Shown here piece after piece: positions 40,436 through 56,599 of a stretch of 64,000 nucleotides of DNA. Numbering within the stretch: the first letter of the stretch is position 1; the number at the start of each line of letters is the position of its first letter. The DNA is from Octopus vulgaris (taxonomy: Eukaryota): positions 125,798,001 through 125,862,000 of the forward strand of contig OX597814.1 of the NCBI GenBank assembly GCA_951406725.2, in the 5' to 3' direction. The position numbers and the translations under genes are program-made. The notes under the pieces are model-generated. The model had not been told where the DNA came from. It made no database searches and saw nothing but the letters and a program-made list of their open reading frames with translations.

Positions 40436-42986
40436 TTTAGGCATCACGCTTTGTTGGACAGGTCAAGAGTCCTGTATCTTGACCCTGGCCGAAGCAGCAA
40501 TTGTTGGGTTATTTTTAGAAATGTTGTAAATATCCTTTGTCAGAGATTTTTATATTTTTATATTTCAATTGTCATCATCATCATTGTCAGCACCTTAATT
40601 ATTGTTGCTAGTGGTGATGGTGGTGGCAATAGAACTTTTAACCCTAAATAAGATAATTTTCCTGCTATCTTCGTCTTGATCACCTTTAGTATTGTTGTTG
40701 TTGTTAGTGGTCATGGTCGTAGCAGTGGAAGTAATACCTCTAAGTATTATTATTATTGCTTATTTAGCTTGGGTTCGAATTTATCAATAAAATTCTTTTC
40801 TCTGATTTTCCTCTCGATTTCACTTGGGCTGTGTAATTTGTAGAAGGGAAATATTATATATATTTTCCGACCACATGTTGCTAGGTGGTTACTCAAAGGT
40901 ATCTGACGGACCTCTGGGTCTCTAATCTGTTGCCGGTGTACACGTGAGCGTTCTAATAGTGCGTTTCCCGTCTGACCTACATATATTTCTTCACAATTTG
41001 GGCATTTGATGCAGTAAATTAAATTTCTGCTTTTGCAGTTCATATTCGCGTTTGTGAATATTTTCCCGGTTTTTGTGTTTATATATTGACCGGTATGTAT
41101 GAATTGGCATGTGCCACATCGGCTATCATTGCATTTAGATACCGTGAATGTTTGGTCTTTGTTGCTGAGGTCAAATTTTGCCTTTGTTAGTAATGTTTTC
41201 AAGTTTTTAGGCTGTCTTTTACTAAGCACCATAGCTCGATCCTTGATTATGTCTTTTAATTCATTACTTTGGGCAATGATTGGTAGGTTTGCTTTGGCAA
41301 TGTTGAAGATATTCTGGTGACATGGGTTGTGTGTCACTATGAATGGTATGACTTGTTCTTGTTTTCCTCTTCCTTGGGTTGTCCTAAGTTGTTGTATAGG
41401 TATTTTTATAGCCCGCTGTATGCCATTTTCTATAAGTAGAGATGGGTATTTTTGTTTGAGCAAAAATTCTCTTAGTTCTATTAGGCGTTTGTTCCTGATA
41501 TTTGCATCTTCTACAATAGTACAAATTCTTCTGGCTAGGCAGTATGGGATGTTACGTTTTGTATGTGGTGGATGGCACGACTTAAAATTTAGGTATTGAT
41601 GTGTGTCTGTGTGTTTATAGTATATATCTGTGGTGATGGTGGTGTCTTTTTTAATTACCATTATATCCAGGAATGGTAATTTGGTACTACTCATCTCCTT
41701 TGTAAATTTGAGAGATGGGTGTAGGTTGTTCAGGAGGATATTGAACTCTTCCAGAGTATTTAGAGATTCTGTCCAGATTATGAAACAGTCGTCTAGGTAT
41801 CTCTTCCATGCCTTTTCAATATACTTTCTAAATCCAGTGCCATAGTTTACCTCCACCTCTTGGTAGAGTTGTTCTTCTAAGTATCCCATTACAGAGTTGG
41901 CGTAAACGGGAGCAAACCTCGTTCCCATCGCCGTGCCTCTAATTTGGATGTAATTCTTTCCATTGAAGAAGAATGTGTTATTTTCTAGAATAAGTTTGAC
42001 TGTGTCTAATATAAATGGCACTGTGAATCTGCTGGGAATCACTTCTCTATGTTTTTCTAACCAGTATTTAATCGCCTTTATTCCTAAATCGTGTGGAATA
42101 TTGGTGTAGAGGCTTACCACATCAAAACTTAGTAAAACTGAATTTGTTTCTGTTGTTTTGGGAAGATGGGACAGGAAGTCGATGTCATCCCTGATGAAAC
42201 TTGGTATGTAAGTACATAGTGGTTTCAAAACAATGTCAATAAAATTGCTTAGACGGTGTGTAGGGCATGCTGGACCAGCTATAATAGGTCTAAGTTTTAG
42301 GTCTTTTGGATGTAATAATTTTATGTACTCACTTTCTTGTTCTTTTACTGCCTGTTGAATGTTTTTTGATTTGTGTATTTTTGGTAAGCCGTAGAAGTTG
42401 CTGGGTTTTGGTTCAAAATTGGTGATGTAGTCTTTTTCATTATCCGTAAGTGAGTTGTGGTGTGTTGAAATCAGGTTGTTGATCTTTTTCATGATGTGGT
42501 GGTCTATATTTGCGGGTATTTCACAATAGAAGGTTGTATCCTTCAGTTGGTCTTCAACCAAATCCTTATAGTATTCGGTATCCATAATAACAATTGCACC
42601 ACCTTTATCTGCTTGTTTAATTATTATTGTTTGATCGTTTTGTATACGTTTACATGCAGACATCTCTGATTTGCTAATGTTTGGCCTAACATTGGTATTG
42701 CGTCTAAGGGGAAATTTAGACAGGATATCAATGTATTGGTCAAGGTAGTTATTTCTTCCTTTTGGTGGGGTGAAATTTGATTTATTCCTTACTAGGGATT
42801 CATCAATCTCATTACTTTTGTTAGCGAAGAATTCTACAAGTCGTAATTTTCGACAGAATTTTTGGATATCCTCCTTTAATTCTTGGTGGTTGGCTGTTGG
42901 TGTAGGTGTGAATTTCAGTCCTTTTGACAGAAGTTGGATTTCATCATTGTCAAGATCTCTTTTTGATAAATTAATTATTTTAGGAT

Positions 42987-44806
<1,820 letters not shown>

Positions 44807-45528
44807 AATATACACACACACATTTATACAAGGTTGCTGCTGATCACTAGGTATCATGATTGCTTTCATAGTTATTTAACCACTACACTCCAAGCATCCC
44901 TCCCTTTGATGCAATAAGGATGCCCATGACATTAAGTTTATATCTTTTGTTTTTGTTTTTTTTTCTGATTTCTCCTCTGTTTATGATGACCTTACAGCAT
45001 AGACAAGGTTAAGTGATTTGTTTTGTTTTGTTTCTTATAGGTAGTTTCAAGATGAGATCAGTCACGATCTGCATGAACAGTCATTCTGAAGACATTCAAG
45101 TAACATGGCCTGTTTAATGTAGATTTTTCCTGATGAGATCTTTCATACTTGGCTATCCTAGTATCTAGTTGTTAGGAACTAACAGGTTTTCATAATCAAG
45201 AAAGTGTCTCATCATGAAGCCATTGAGTGCTTTTACCATGACTACTGTACAGTATTCATGATAAGAGTGGATAGAATCTAGTACAAAACCTGTAAATTTC
45301 TAAATATGATAATTGTTCTGTAGTCATATACAAGATATATGATTGTTGAAATGTGAGATGTAGTCATATACACAGTTGTCTATTAATGTTGTGCTTGCTT
45401 TTGCCATCCTCTTTTGTTGCAAAGTGGCAATACATGTTTTGATATTGATCTGCTAAATAAGTTGTGCAGTTCTCAAATTAATGCCATCAAGTATCAACCC
45501 TGATTCTTTATATTAACCATTTATCAGG

Positions 45529-45568
<40 letters not shown>

Positions 45569-46893
45569 TCACACAAGTACACACACTCACACACAAAAGG
45601 TGTGTGTGTATGTGTGTATAATTCTTTGCTTGTTTCAGTCATTAGACTGCAACCATGCTATGAATATTATAAAGTGTTTAATATAGGTATTGATTCTGAT
45701 ATTGAAATATTGATTTATAATATTGAAACAAGGTAACACATTTTGAAAGAGAGAGAGAGAGAGAGAGCACAGTTGAGTATTAGGCTTCTCTGTACACCAA
45801 TGACTGTTACATCTTTTATCGACTTCTTGATAGATGAAAATTCAAGTCAATTCTGGCAGTTTAAACTCGGTACTTAAAGGTATACAACAAAATTCCATAA
45901 ATATTTTTTCCAACAAATTCTGCCATCAGCCATCTTCTAATATCAAAAATATATGCTAGTGTCCTGTAAAATGCACTTATGCTAGGGCCACATAAAAGGC
46001 ACTCATGCTGGTGCCATGTAAAAGCACTTGTGCTGGTACCACATAAAAAGCACCTGCCCTGGTGTCACATAAAAAACATCAATGTGGTTTTAAAGGGAGT
46101 GACATTAGAAAGGGCATCCAGTCATAGAAACCTTGTCAAAACAGACAACTGGAGCCTGCTGCAGCTCTCCAGCTTACCAGCTCCTGTGAAACCATCCAAA
46201 CCATGCCAGCATGGAAAATGGATGTTAAATGATGATATATATAAACCTTATATCTTTACAAACTCTAATTTGCAGTACACAAACCACATATTTCACTCGC
46301 AGTTGTGATTACTCTGCAGTAAGTTCATACTCTTCACATTCAGGTTAAGTGTAAATGGCTTTACATGGTGGTGTGGGTTAGGTAGATTTTCTGTTTATTG
46401 GCCAGATGCCCTTCATATTATGATCCCTTTTAGTTGTCTTAGCACGTAGAGACACAATAGCATGTAGAGACACAATATGTCTATTCTAAATCTAAGACAT
46501 ATACAGTGCCAGGTGCAAATCAATATTTGTTTTTAATTAAACTTTTAAAAATCTATTTCCTCATTCTTCTTGTTGTTGCTATTTAGTCCCAGGTAAGGTG
46601 GCAAGATGGCAGAAACGTTAGCACACCAGGCAAAACACTTAGCAATAATTCAACTGTGTTTACGTTCTGAGTTCAAATTCCACTGACATTGACTTTGCCT
46701 TTCATCCTTTCAGGGTTGATAAATTAAGTACCAGTTCCATACTGGAGTCGATCTAATCAACTGTTCCTCTCCCCCAAAATTTCAGGCCTTGTGCCTAGAG
46801 TAGAAAAGAATATTTAGTCCCAGATCAGTCCTTGATGAGCAAACCTATAATATATATTTCTACTCTGAGCAATCAATCTTTTTTGATGTTACC

Positions 46894-46933
<40 letters not shown>

Positions 46934-49900
46934 TTTCTCTTTTCTTTACTATTGTTGTTATTTTTAAAATGGTGGGGGTGGGTAATTTAATTTTTGGTTC
47001 TGATTTAGGCAGAAGGCCAGTAGTTTTGAGGAGAGGGCTTTAGTCAGTCTCATTGATCACAGGGTGTGATTGATACTTTATTTCAACAAGAAGATTAAAG
47101 GCAAAGTTAACTTCAGTAAGATTTAAACCCAGGGAATGTAGAGTCAAAACACATGCAGCAAAGACATTTTTTTTCTCCTGATGCTTTAATGATTCTGCCA
47201 GCTCAAAGCCTTGTGGGCCTTAAAAATAACATCATTCTATGTGCATCATCTTGTCAGTAAATTAGTTCTTGCTAATCACATCTAGCATGAAGTCACTGAC
47301 TAACCAATAAGGAAAATTTTATATGGTGTCTCAACTTGCTAGAAGTAGCAGGTACATCTTTGAAAGAGAAATGGGATATATTTGATAATGTAGCTCTATG
47401 TACACCATGTCTTAGCATAAGATGGAATGACTACTACTGGAACACCTTTAATCAAGGATCTTCTTTAGGGTTGGCCTGGTCTTGAACAATAACTAATTCC
47501 TAACATTCACTTAGCTATCTGTCTATGAAACAAAAAACAAAAGCCATGGAAATAATATTAATTTAAGGAATTTATTAAACTAATATATTTTTCATTTTGT
47601 TTAAAAAGCTTAGTGGCGGCAACTCCTGTGAAAGTCAATTTACTTGTGATTTATTTATTCTTTGGTGATTAAGAAGTATTTAGTAAGGTTTTTAAATGTA
47701 AAATAACCCTAATCTATTTTAATTTATTAGTCGTTAACTCTTATTGAAATTGATATCTGGCAGACTTTAAGTTCTCCTTGTCATTGCGATAAAATAATTA
47801 GGAGAAATAATTAGAATCATTGATTAGTCAACATAATGCAAGTTTAATCTGTTTATATTTGACTGATCTCAAGTATGACTCACTGATCTTGAGTGACTCT
47901 AAAATTCCTTTTGAAACCTAGCTGAAGATTTTTCCTTAAGTGTTCTAAGTTGCATTAAAAAAATAAATTGACAAATTGACTTAAAAATTACTAAAATGTT
48001 AATGATATTATCTTTTATTATTTTTAAAATTCCTGGTGGTGTTTTCCATTCAAATTCAATAGACTTTTTTCTCCCTTTCTATTTTATTATCACAGCCACA
48101 TTGTTGGAATAAGATCTGTGTCTATCAATCAGAGCTCTTAAAGAGAAATCCTTAATGAAAGATCTCGTCTTCAATCACAACCAAAGTGGATTTATCATGA
48201 TCTTTAAATGTTGCCATAATTTTAGCTTGTTGATTTCCTTTTGTTAAATTTTATTGAGAATTTAACTCAGTTACAGCACAAGAAGCAGCAATTCCACCCC
48301 TCCACCCCCCGTAAACAATGACTGTTTTCTTTTAGAAATTTAGTTTATGTTATGACTTAGCATTGTTTCCTCTTGTTCTTTGTTATTGTTATTTACTATT
48401 GTTGTGATGTGTGTACTGGAGGGAAGTCTTTCACTTCAACTTACTCATGCAAACACTATAACATTCTTAGGGCATTATTTATTGCTCTGTTATTGTTACT
48501 GTTATTGTTATTGTCTATATTGTTTGTCTCTGTTGTTTTACTTCATTCCAGACTTGAATAAATATCTATTTATACAGCTCAAAAATTACTCTTTCATCCA
48601 ATTTCCTTTTATGAGGAAAGTCTATTTTCATTATATGTAAAATATTTTGGTATTTTGTCTTACTCTTTGGAACAATGCTTGTTGACTGTTTCTTGCTTTT
48701 TCGAGGTTAGCTTTAATATTTAGTTGATTTTAGGATTTTCAAATAATCATACATAAAGCATTTTACATAAAATAACCAAACACTTCAAGTATTTTCTTTT
48801 GAGATATAGAAAACTTTCCAGATTCTTTGCATATGTATATTTACTCTGCAAAAAGATTAAAAAAATAATAATAAAATATAAAAAAGGATTATAAAAAAAA
48901 TCAGATTTATCCTCTTGTTTTGTCATATTTTGTCTTTAGCTGTAACATTACAGTTTTCAAATGAAATTCTTGAACGATCAATACTTAAATCTTCTGATTT
49001 TGTTTAATTCTTAATACAAGGAAAATAAAACATGCTGAAAATGTATATTCATTTCAAACAATGATTTTCATCTATATTTGATATCAAGAAAATGGTTGAT
49101 TGGTACTAAATTTGATTCACTGAGAGACAAGCTTATTAAGTCAACTTAGTGTGATCTGCTCAATACCTCTCATAATTGTGATGATTCTACAAACATTATT
49201 TGATTATTGCAAAATGAATTTAGGATAAATATATTTTAAAACATGTTACTTGTGTAAGAATACGCTTTCTCTATAACAGACGCTTGCATAAAAGCATGGA
49301 AAACATACCACCAATATACATGATATTTTAAAAAGTGATTGGTTTTGTGTGTGTGTGGTGCATGTGTGTGTGTACATGTACACAAGAATACATACACGTA
49401 TGTATCTATTGAATTTCAAAGTCATTCCAGTTTATCATGATTTACTTAAAAATAAAAAAAGACTCACTAAGTCATATGTCTAGATTTATTATATTTATTT
49501 ATTTATATATTTAATACATTTTACATCAACATTTTTCCATATTCTTGTCAGAAATCTTGAAATAAAATTGAACAAAAGTCTTTTACTTCACTTTCATATT
49601 TACCAAATGCAAGTACGGAAAAACGGACGTCAAATGATGTTGATGGTGGTGGTGGTGGTGGCGGTGGCAGCGATGGTAGTGGCAGTGGTGTTCACCTTCC
49701 TCTCCCATCTTGTTCTTCAAACTTGTGTTATTTAATGATGTATCAGCGTGCATTGCCTGTGTATTTTGTGTGTGAGTGTACGGCAGTGTGTATGTATGCA
49801 TCTGTGTGCTTTTGCTTGCAAGTTTGTATTCTAATATGTGTATGTTGTATGTATAAAGTGTGTTTAGGAGTGTATGCGTATGCTAGGTTTTTATCTGTGT

Positions 49901-50348
49901 TTGTGTGTGTGTGGGTGTGTGTATGTCTTTGTGTGTGTGTGAATTCATGTTTGAGTGTATTGTATGTTTTTGTTTATGATTGCATGTATGAGCACATTTG
50001 TATATATGTTCTGTGTATGTATGTACATGAATATGTGTATGTGTTTGCACCCATGTGCTGATTTGCGTGCATGTATGTATTTATATCTCTTTGTGTTACA
50101 TGTATGTGTCTGTGTCTCTTTGTATTTGCGTTGAGTGCACGTATCAGTGTGTATGTTTGCATGTGTGTGCGCAGGTTGATGCAGATGTAAAGTTAAAGTG
50201 ATTGGTTGGCAATAGAAGTGGGCTTTTTTCCAATAGACTTGCTGATACATTAGCACAGTTACATCTGTGTTTCAGAATCCAAATCACACATATATAGACA
50301 TGCATGCATTCATGCATGTGTGTGTGCGCGTGCGTGCATGTGTGTATG

Positions 50349-50432
<84 letters not shown>

Positions 50433-51719
50433 CAACTGATATCTAATTAACACTCGAAATAGGAACATCGCCATGTATATCAATTTATATATGCGAACAC
50501 TATCTTATCAGGTTCCCATCACATGGGTGAATATGTGTTTTTAGCTGGGAACATAGCAACAGTGCTATATCTATATCCATGCCATCATCAAGGGACTAAA
50601 ACAAAGAGATAATGTTGCAGATTTTACCTCTGTTTATGCTTATCTGAGAAAAAAAAAAGCAAATGGACATATATGACAGAAGCCAGAAAACTGCAAAATT
50701 TGCTATAGTTACTCTCATTGTAAAAGCTTTATGAGAATTCAAATGATTGAAGCCAAAATTAAAAATAACATTTGAGCTCAACTTACAAAAGGCAACCATG
50801 ATTCTGATAATACTGAAATGAAATCGCTTTGTATAATAGAAAATATTTTATTGTGGAGAGGATTTAGTAAAGAAGTCTATGAATGTTAGAAGTACAAAAA
50901 TTATTCAATACTTATTCACTAACTGAAATTTAATTAACACTAACTGAAATTTAATTAACACTGGAAGTACGAACAAACCCCATTACACACTTCAATTCAT
51001 ATATGTAAACATTAACTTAGATTCCCAACATAGCGTAAATTCATGTTTGTATCTTAAAAGCGTAAATTTTTCAGTTTCTCTTATTTGTTATAAGTACATT
51101 GTAGTTTCTTTGAAACATTAAATTTTGAAAACCATCATGAATGTTTCTATACTTTATCACTATCATCTTCAGAACAAAGCAATGAACCACAAGTCTGTAA
51201 GTTTATAAATTATGAGTATTATGATCAATATGTTTGATTGCAAATTTTGAAGTTGTAAACTTCACAACTCTACTTATAATAGTTGTCATATATTGCCTCA
51301 TAAAACAGGCACCTTGGGAATTTAAGAACGCACAAAAACTCAAAAACTTCTTGCTTGGTTCTTCTGCATATAGTTTATTATGAAGCATCCAAAAATTCTG
51401 TTACACTTTCTCAATTTGGTCACTGATACAATTTCAGACGCAGCAGAATTATCAGTGATCAAGGTATAGAAATGTAACATAATGTTTTAACAACTTGAAA
51501 CAGAGAAATAAGACATACAGGCAAAGTGAATATAATGTTCTTTGTGTGCTCTTAAATGGTTAAAATGACTGTCCAATAATGTAATTGTTATAGTTTCAAC
51601 ACATCGCCTCACATAAAGTCACTTGACAAACTGTGCAGCTCTCTTTCTTTCAATTTGTATATCATCATCCCACATACATCATCATCATCATCAACATTTA
51701 ATGTCCTCCTTCCATGGTG

Positions 51720-52737
51720 GCATAAATGTTCAATAATACTGAGATCTGGGGACTGTGGTAGCCAGATAAGATGTTCAACTTCACTAGAATGTTCCTCGTG
51801 CCATTCAGTAACAACTTTTGCTGTGTGAATTGGTGCATTATCTTGAAAGATTGTTTCCCGCTGGACATAGTTCTGCAACCATAGGATGAATTTGATCACA
51901 TAAAATGCTTAAATAATCTTGACATTAATTCTGCCATGAAAGGAAATCATTGTGCTGGCAGATTTCCAAGATCATCACAGATCCTCCTCTGTGTTTAACA
52001 GTTGGAAGAAGGCAGTCTGGTTCAAATGCTTCTTTTGGCTGTCTCCACACATACTCGGCCAGTGGTCAGAAATAAGGTAAAGGATGAGAAAATAACATTC
52101 TCCCACTGCTCTAGGGACCTATTCTGTAGGGTTTTTTCTCCACTCTAAACACTTTGCAACATTTATTTTTGAAAGTAGTGGTTTTCTGATTGCAGCCCTC
52201 CTGTTAAATCCTTTGTGCAGCTCCCATCGAATAGTTTTGTGGAAACTGGGTTCTCAAGGTGGTCATTAAGCTCTGCAGTAATTTTGGGAGCTGTACTTTT
52301 GTGATCCTTTCTAACAGTTCGCGTAAGAGTCCAACGATTGCTATCTGAAAGTTTTGTCTTTCTTCCAAAGTTTTGTTTTGAAGAGGAGGTTTTTCCCTCT
52401 TTCTTGAAGGCTGTTATTACTTTTGAGACAGTACTTCTTGATGCACCAAGTATTTCAGCTGTTTTCATTATGCTAGAGCCTGCCATACAAGCACCAACAA
52501 TTTGACTGCTTTGAAATTTCTGATAAATCTGTCATTTTAATGAACTTTAATTACCTTTTTCTGATGATATCTGAAAAGAAACAGCAATTTTAGCAAAGCA
52601 TTTTAAGCAACACTAATAATAAATGAAAAAACATAAAAATAAACAGGCGTAAGTTTTATAGATATTTTATAGAGGAGGATCTGTGATGATCTTGGAATTA
52701 TGAAGCTAGGTGTTTCCATTATTTTGTCCAACCCCTT
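51720..52737 (-). mobile_element. Tc1-like transposon relic
   Basis: HTH (AEILGASRSTVSKVI) and FQDNAPIH...WLPQSPDLSIIEHL; one TIR, ggggttggacaaaataatggaaacacc, at ~52709-52737. Confidence 0.85.
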
Positions 52738-52762
52738 TATATACACACATGCATTATATATA

Positions 52763-53594
52763 CAGGTTGCAGTGAATAAACTGTTGTTTAACTTAAGCAA
52801 AAATAAAAATAACAGACATCACTGACATTACATTAAAATATCTTGAAATTCTAAATTTATTCAATAAAATCGCCATTGGCTTCAACCATGACCTCCAGAC
52901 AACATTGGAATTTCCTGCAACTTTTCTGGACGGTCCCCTTGTTTAAGTTGGTGAATGCTGCCATAATCCTTGCCTTCCGTTCATCTTTGGTGTTATGAAG
53001 AGTTGTGTTGGTCTCTTGCTTAACTGTACCCCATACATAATAATCAAGAAGGTTGCAGACTGGAGAGATAGGTGGCCAGATTTTAGGAGTGACGTGGGTG
53101 CAGAAATTGTCTGACAGCTGTGACTGGGCTCTCCGGCTTGTGTGGCATGGTGCAGAGTTCTGTTGCCAGACATAGGGTCTTTGAGCAGCCACCCACTTGG
53201 CCCAGGTCAGTACTACCTCCTCCAGGCACTTCATGTAGGCCTCTGTGTTGAATCTGAAGTTGTGTGGGAAAATGAATGGTGGCATAATGTCACTATCACT
53301 AGTGATCACCATAATGCTGACTGGATGTTTGATTTTCATCACTCTCAGTACATCTTGGATTGATACCCAAACACTCTGAAATGTTCATATTGGAGCTTCT
53401 GGTGTGAATGCCAAGCAGTACAGCACGTCGTTTCCAAATTTCTACCAGGGGGAATTGCACCATGGTGCTGTTTTTCTCACAAATGGTGCCTAACTGACCC
53501 TACCATACTGTGCAGTTGACAAAACCAAAAGCAGACAATGTGCATGCATGAAATAAAAAATATAAAATGGCAGCAATTTATCCATCGCACCCTG
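52763..53594 (-). mobile_element. DD37D (maT-type) mariner relic, internally deleted
   Basis: WQQNSAPCH...WPPISPVCNLLDY with 37 residues between the second and third catalytic positions; CAGG.TGC TIRs flanked by TA. Confidence 0.85.
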
Positions 53595-53627
53595 TATATA
53601 TATGTGTGTGTATGCACACATGCACTA

Positions 53628-54707
53628 CAGGGTCCGTAGAAAATATTGGCGTCTAAATTATGCAAAAATGAAAATAACACTGATATCTCATTTTAACAGA
53701 TATATTTACCAAAGTTACATGAAAATATCTTGAAATACTAAAGAGTAAATTTATTCAATAAAATCACCATTGGCGTCAATCATGGTCTCCAGATAGCTTT
53801 GGAATCTTCTGCAACTCTTCTGGGCAGTCTCCTTGTTTAAGTTGGTGAATGCTGCCATAATCCTTGCCTTCAGTTCATCTCTGTGTTACAAGGAGTTTTG
53901 TTGATCTCTTGCTCAACTGCACCCATACATAATAATCAGGGTGGCTGCAGTTTGGAGAGTTATGTGGCCTGATGTTAGTCAATGTGGTCACAGAAATTGT
54001 CTGACATCCATGATTGGGTTCTCCTGCATGTGTGGCATGGTACAGAGTTCTGTTGCAAGACATATTTGATGGAGGAGATGCTTGAATTTGTTTAGAAGCT
54101 TCATAGTGTGGGCTTTCCCCTCATCCTTGATGATTTGATTGGAGGGGATGCTTGAGTTTGTTTGAAAAGCTTTGTAGCACGGTTTCCTCTTGTCCTTGAT
54201 GGTTTGGGATAAAAATTGGCCCTTTCTTATCTTATATGAGGAATACTGAATGTCTTCATGCACTACCTGCCTGAGAAGAAGCTCAAACACTCCCATGTCC
54301 CTGGCAATGGACTTGATTGCCTTGGAGTGATCATTGTCAATCATGGTCTGGATTTCACCAACAAATTCAGGTGTTCTTTTCTTATCAGAATGATCAGAGT
54401 GAGTTTTCCAAGCTGCTGTACCTTCATAGTCATCATTAGACTCATCCAACTCTTTCTGAATCCTCTGCATTGTCCTCAGATCGACACTGAAACACTCTGA
54501 AATAGAGCTTCTAGTGTGAATGCCAAGTTGTATAGTATGTTGTTTCCAAATTTCTGGCAGAGTTAATTGCCTCATGATGGTGATTTTCTCACAGGATGGT
54601 GCCCAACTGACTCTACTATACTGTGTAGTCAACAAAATCAAAAACAAACAATGTGCAAGCACAAAATTAAAAATATAAAATGGTGACAATTTACCCATCG
54701 TATCCTG
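53628..54707 (-). mobile_element. Second DD37D-family mariner relic
   Basis: Homologous to 52763-53594; retains the N-terminal HTH region (KKRTPEFVGEIQTMIDND..KAIKSIARDMGV); CAGG termini with TA. Confidence 0.8.
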
Positions 54708-54724
54708 TATGTGTGTGTGTGTAT

Positions 54725-55290
54725 ATATATGTATATATTGTTCCTGATATTTTAATAAAACCGATGCGCTATGATATATTTAAATTAATATATTTAAAAG
54801 TATACAAATATATTTTATTACTGTTATATTAATATATTTTTTATTTTTTATTTTTGTTTTTGATTATTGACACTGACGCTTGAAAACATAAATATATTTA
54901 AATTCAGTCTTTTCTTGGATCTGTGAATCCTCATATATCAAAAATTACACTGAAGAGATTCTTACTCACAAACAATGGATTTCAATAATTTTATTATGGG
55001 TTAGAATCGAAACCATTGTATGTAATTTGTGTTTAATATTTATTATTTATTATATTGTATTATATTATTATAAGAATATAATACAATATAGTATTATGTT
55101 AATAAATTTTAAATCTTGAATTCACAATTGTACATCTCCATTTTCTATTTGTTTTTATAAATTTGATATGTACATATGTGATTTGTAAGGTTTTTTCTCT
55201 TCAGAATTGGGTATCTAACAGTGGAGCCAGTGAAAGATTAGGTGTTTCATCCCTATTTTCCTTGTATTGGATTTAATTATAAAATATATA
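54725..55290 (+). mobile_element. AT-rich HHR-bearing PLE-derived fragment
   Basis: Contains the HHR above, has short TA-repeat flanks, and its 3' end (ttttccttgtattggattta) resembles the tail of the 11.8-kb element. Confidence 0.55.
54942..55028 (+). ncRNA. Type I hammerhead ribozyme with extended stem II
   Basis: AAAUUACA-CUGAAGA-GAUUCU.ACUCA...UGGGU.AGAAUC-GAAA-C(CAUU)G-UA-UGUAAUUU: 8-bp stem I and canonical core. Confidence 0.85.
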
Positions 55291-55298
55291 TATATAAT

Positions 55299-55580
55299 AG
55301 GCATAAGAGTGGCTGTGTGGTAAGTAGCTTGCTTATCAGCCACATGGTTCTGGGTTCAGTCTCACTGCATGGCACCTTGGGCAAGTGTCTTCTACTATAG
55401 CCTTGGGCCGACCAAAGTCTTGTGAGAGGATTTGGTAGACAGAAACTGATAGAAGCTCGTCATGTATGTATGTATGTATGTATGTATGTATGTATGTATG
55501 TATGTATGTATGTATGTATGTATGTATGTATGTATGTATGTATGTATGTATGTATGTATGTATGTATGTATGTATGTATG

Positions 55581-55631
<51 letters not shown>

Positions 55632-55838
55632 TTGTGTGTGTATATGTTTGTGTGTCTGTGTTTGTCCCCTCAACATTGCTTGACAACTGATGCTAGTGTG
55701 TTTACGTCCCCTTAACTTAGTGGTTTGGCAAAAGAGATCAAAAGAATAAGTACTAGGCTTACAAAGAATAAGTCCTGGTGTCGATATGCTCGACTAAAGG
55801 CAGTGCTCCAAGTCAAATGACTAAAACAAGTAAAAAGA
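55299..55838 (+). mobile_element. CORE-type tRNA SINE with internal (TATG)n
   Basis: Same family as 22226-22628. Confidence 0.85.
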
Positions 55839-56074
55839 GTATATATATATATATATATACTATACAAATTTAAAATATATGTTATATATATATATATATA
55901 TATAACATATATTTTAAATTTGTTTACAGGAAACATTTTGAATATGCAAATAAAGCTCCTGTTTCATTATTCCTTATGCCAGCCAGAGTCTAATGATACT
56001 GACTGGTGAACCAGTTGTTTTTTTTTTTTTTGAGTAGTATTGAGTTGTGGTGATATAATGTAGAATAAATATAG

Positions 56075-56385
56075 TAATAACAACAATGATACGTGGATGG
56101 AATTATAAATCTCTAATGCATCGCTATGTGCATTTCCAGAAATCACATGTCCCTTAAGATCACAGTCTGTATTCCTGGGATGTTTACAGCGCAATCTATA
56201 GTATCTGTGTGGTCATCAGGTTGATCATCTTCATGGATTCAGTTCTACAGGCGATATAAATTGATGGTCACAGATATTATGGACTACACTGTAATATGTG
56301 ATTGTAAGGGATGTGTGATTTATGGAAACGCACATAATGATGCATTAAATGTTTATAAATTCCATCCAAGGATTGTTATTATTTT
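56075..56385. mobile_element. Old foldback/MITE with long imperfect TIRs
   Basis: tggatggaattataaatctctaatgcatc... pairs with ...gatgcattaaatgtttataaattccatcca. Confidence 0.65.
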
Positions 56386-56391
56386 TAACAT

Positions 56392-56426
<35 letters not shown>

Positions 56427-56432
56427 CATATA

Positions 56433-56595
56433 TCATCATCATCACCATCATCATCGTTTAACGTCCGTTTTCCATGCTAGCATGGGTTGGACGGTTCAAC
56501 TGGGGTCTGGGAAGCCAGAAGGCTGCGCCAGGCCCAGTCTGATCTGGCAGTGTTTCTACAGCTGGATGCCCTTCCTAACGCCAACCACTCCGAGT
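56433..56595 (-). mobile_element. Inverted second copy of the same RTE 3' end
   Basis: Reverse-complement similarity to 57530-57690, with (CAT)n on the plus strand. Confidence 0.8.
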
Positions 56596-56599
56596 CAGT

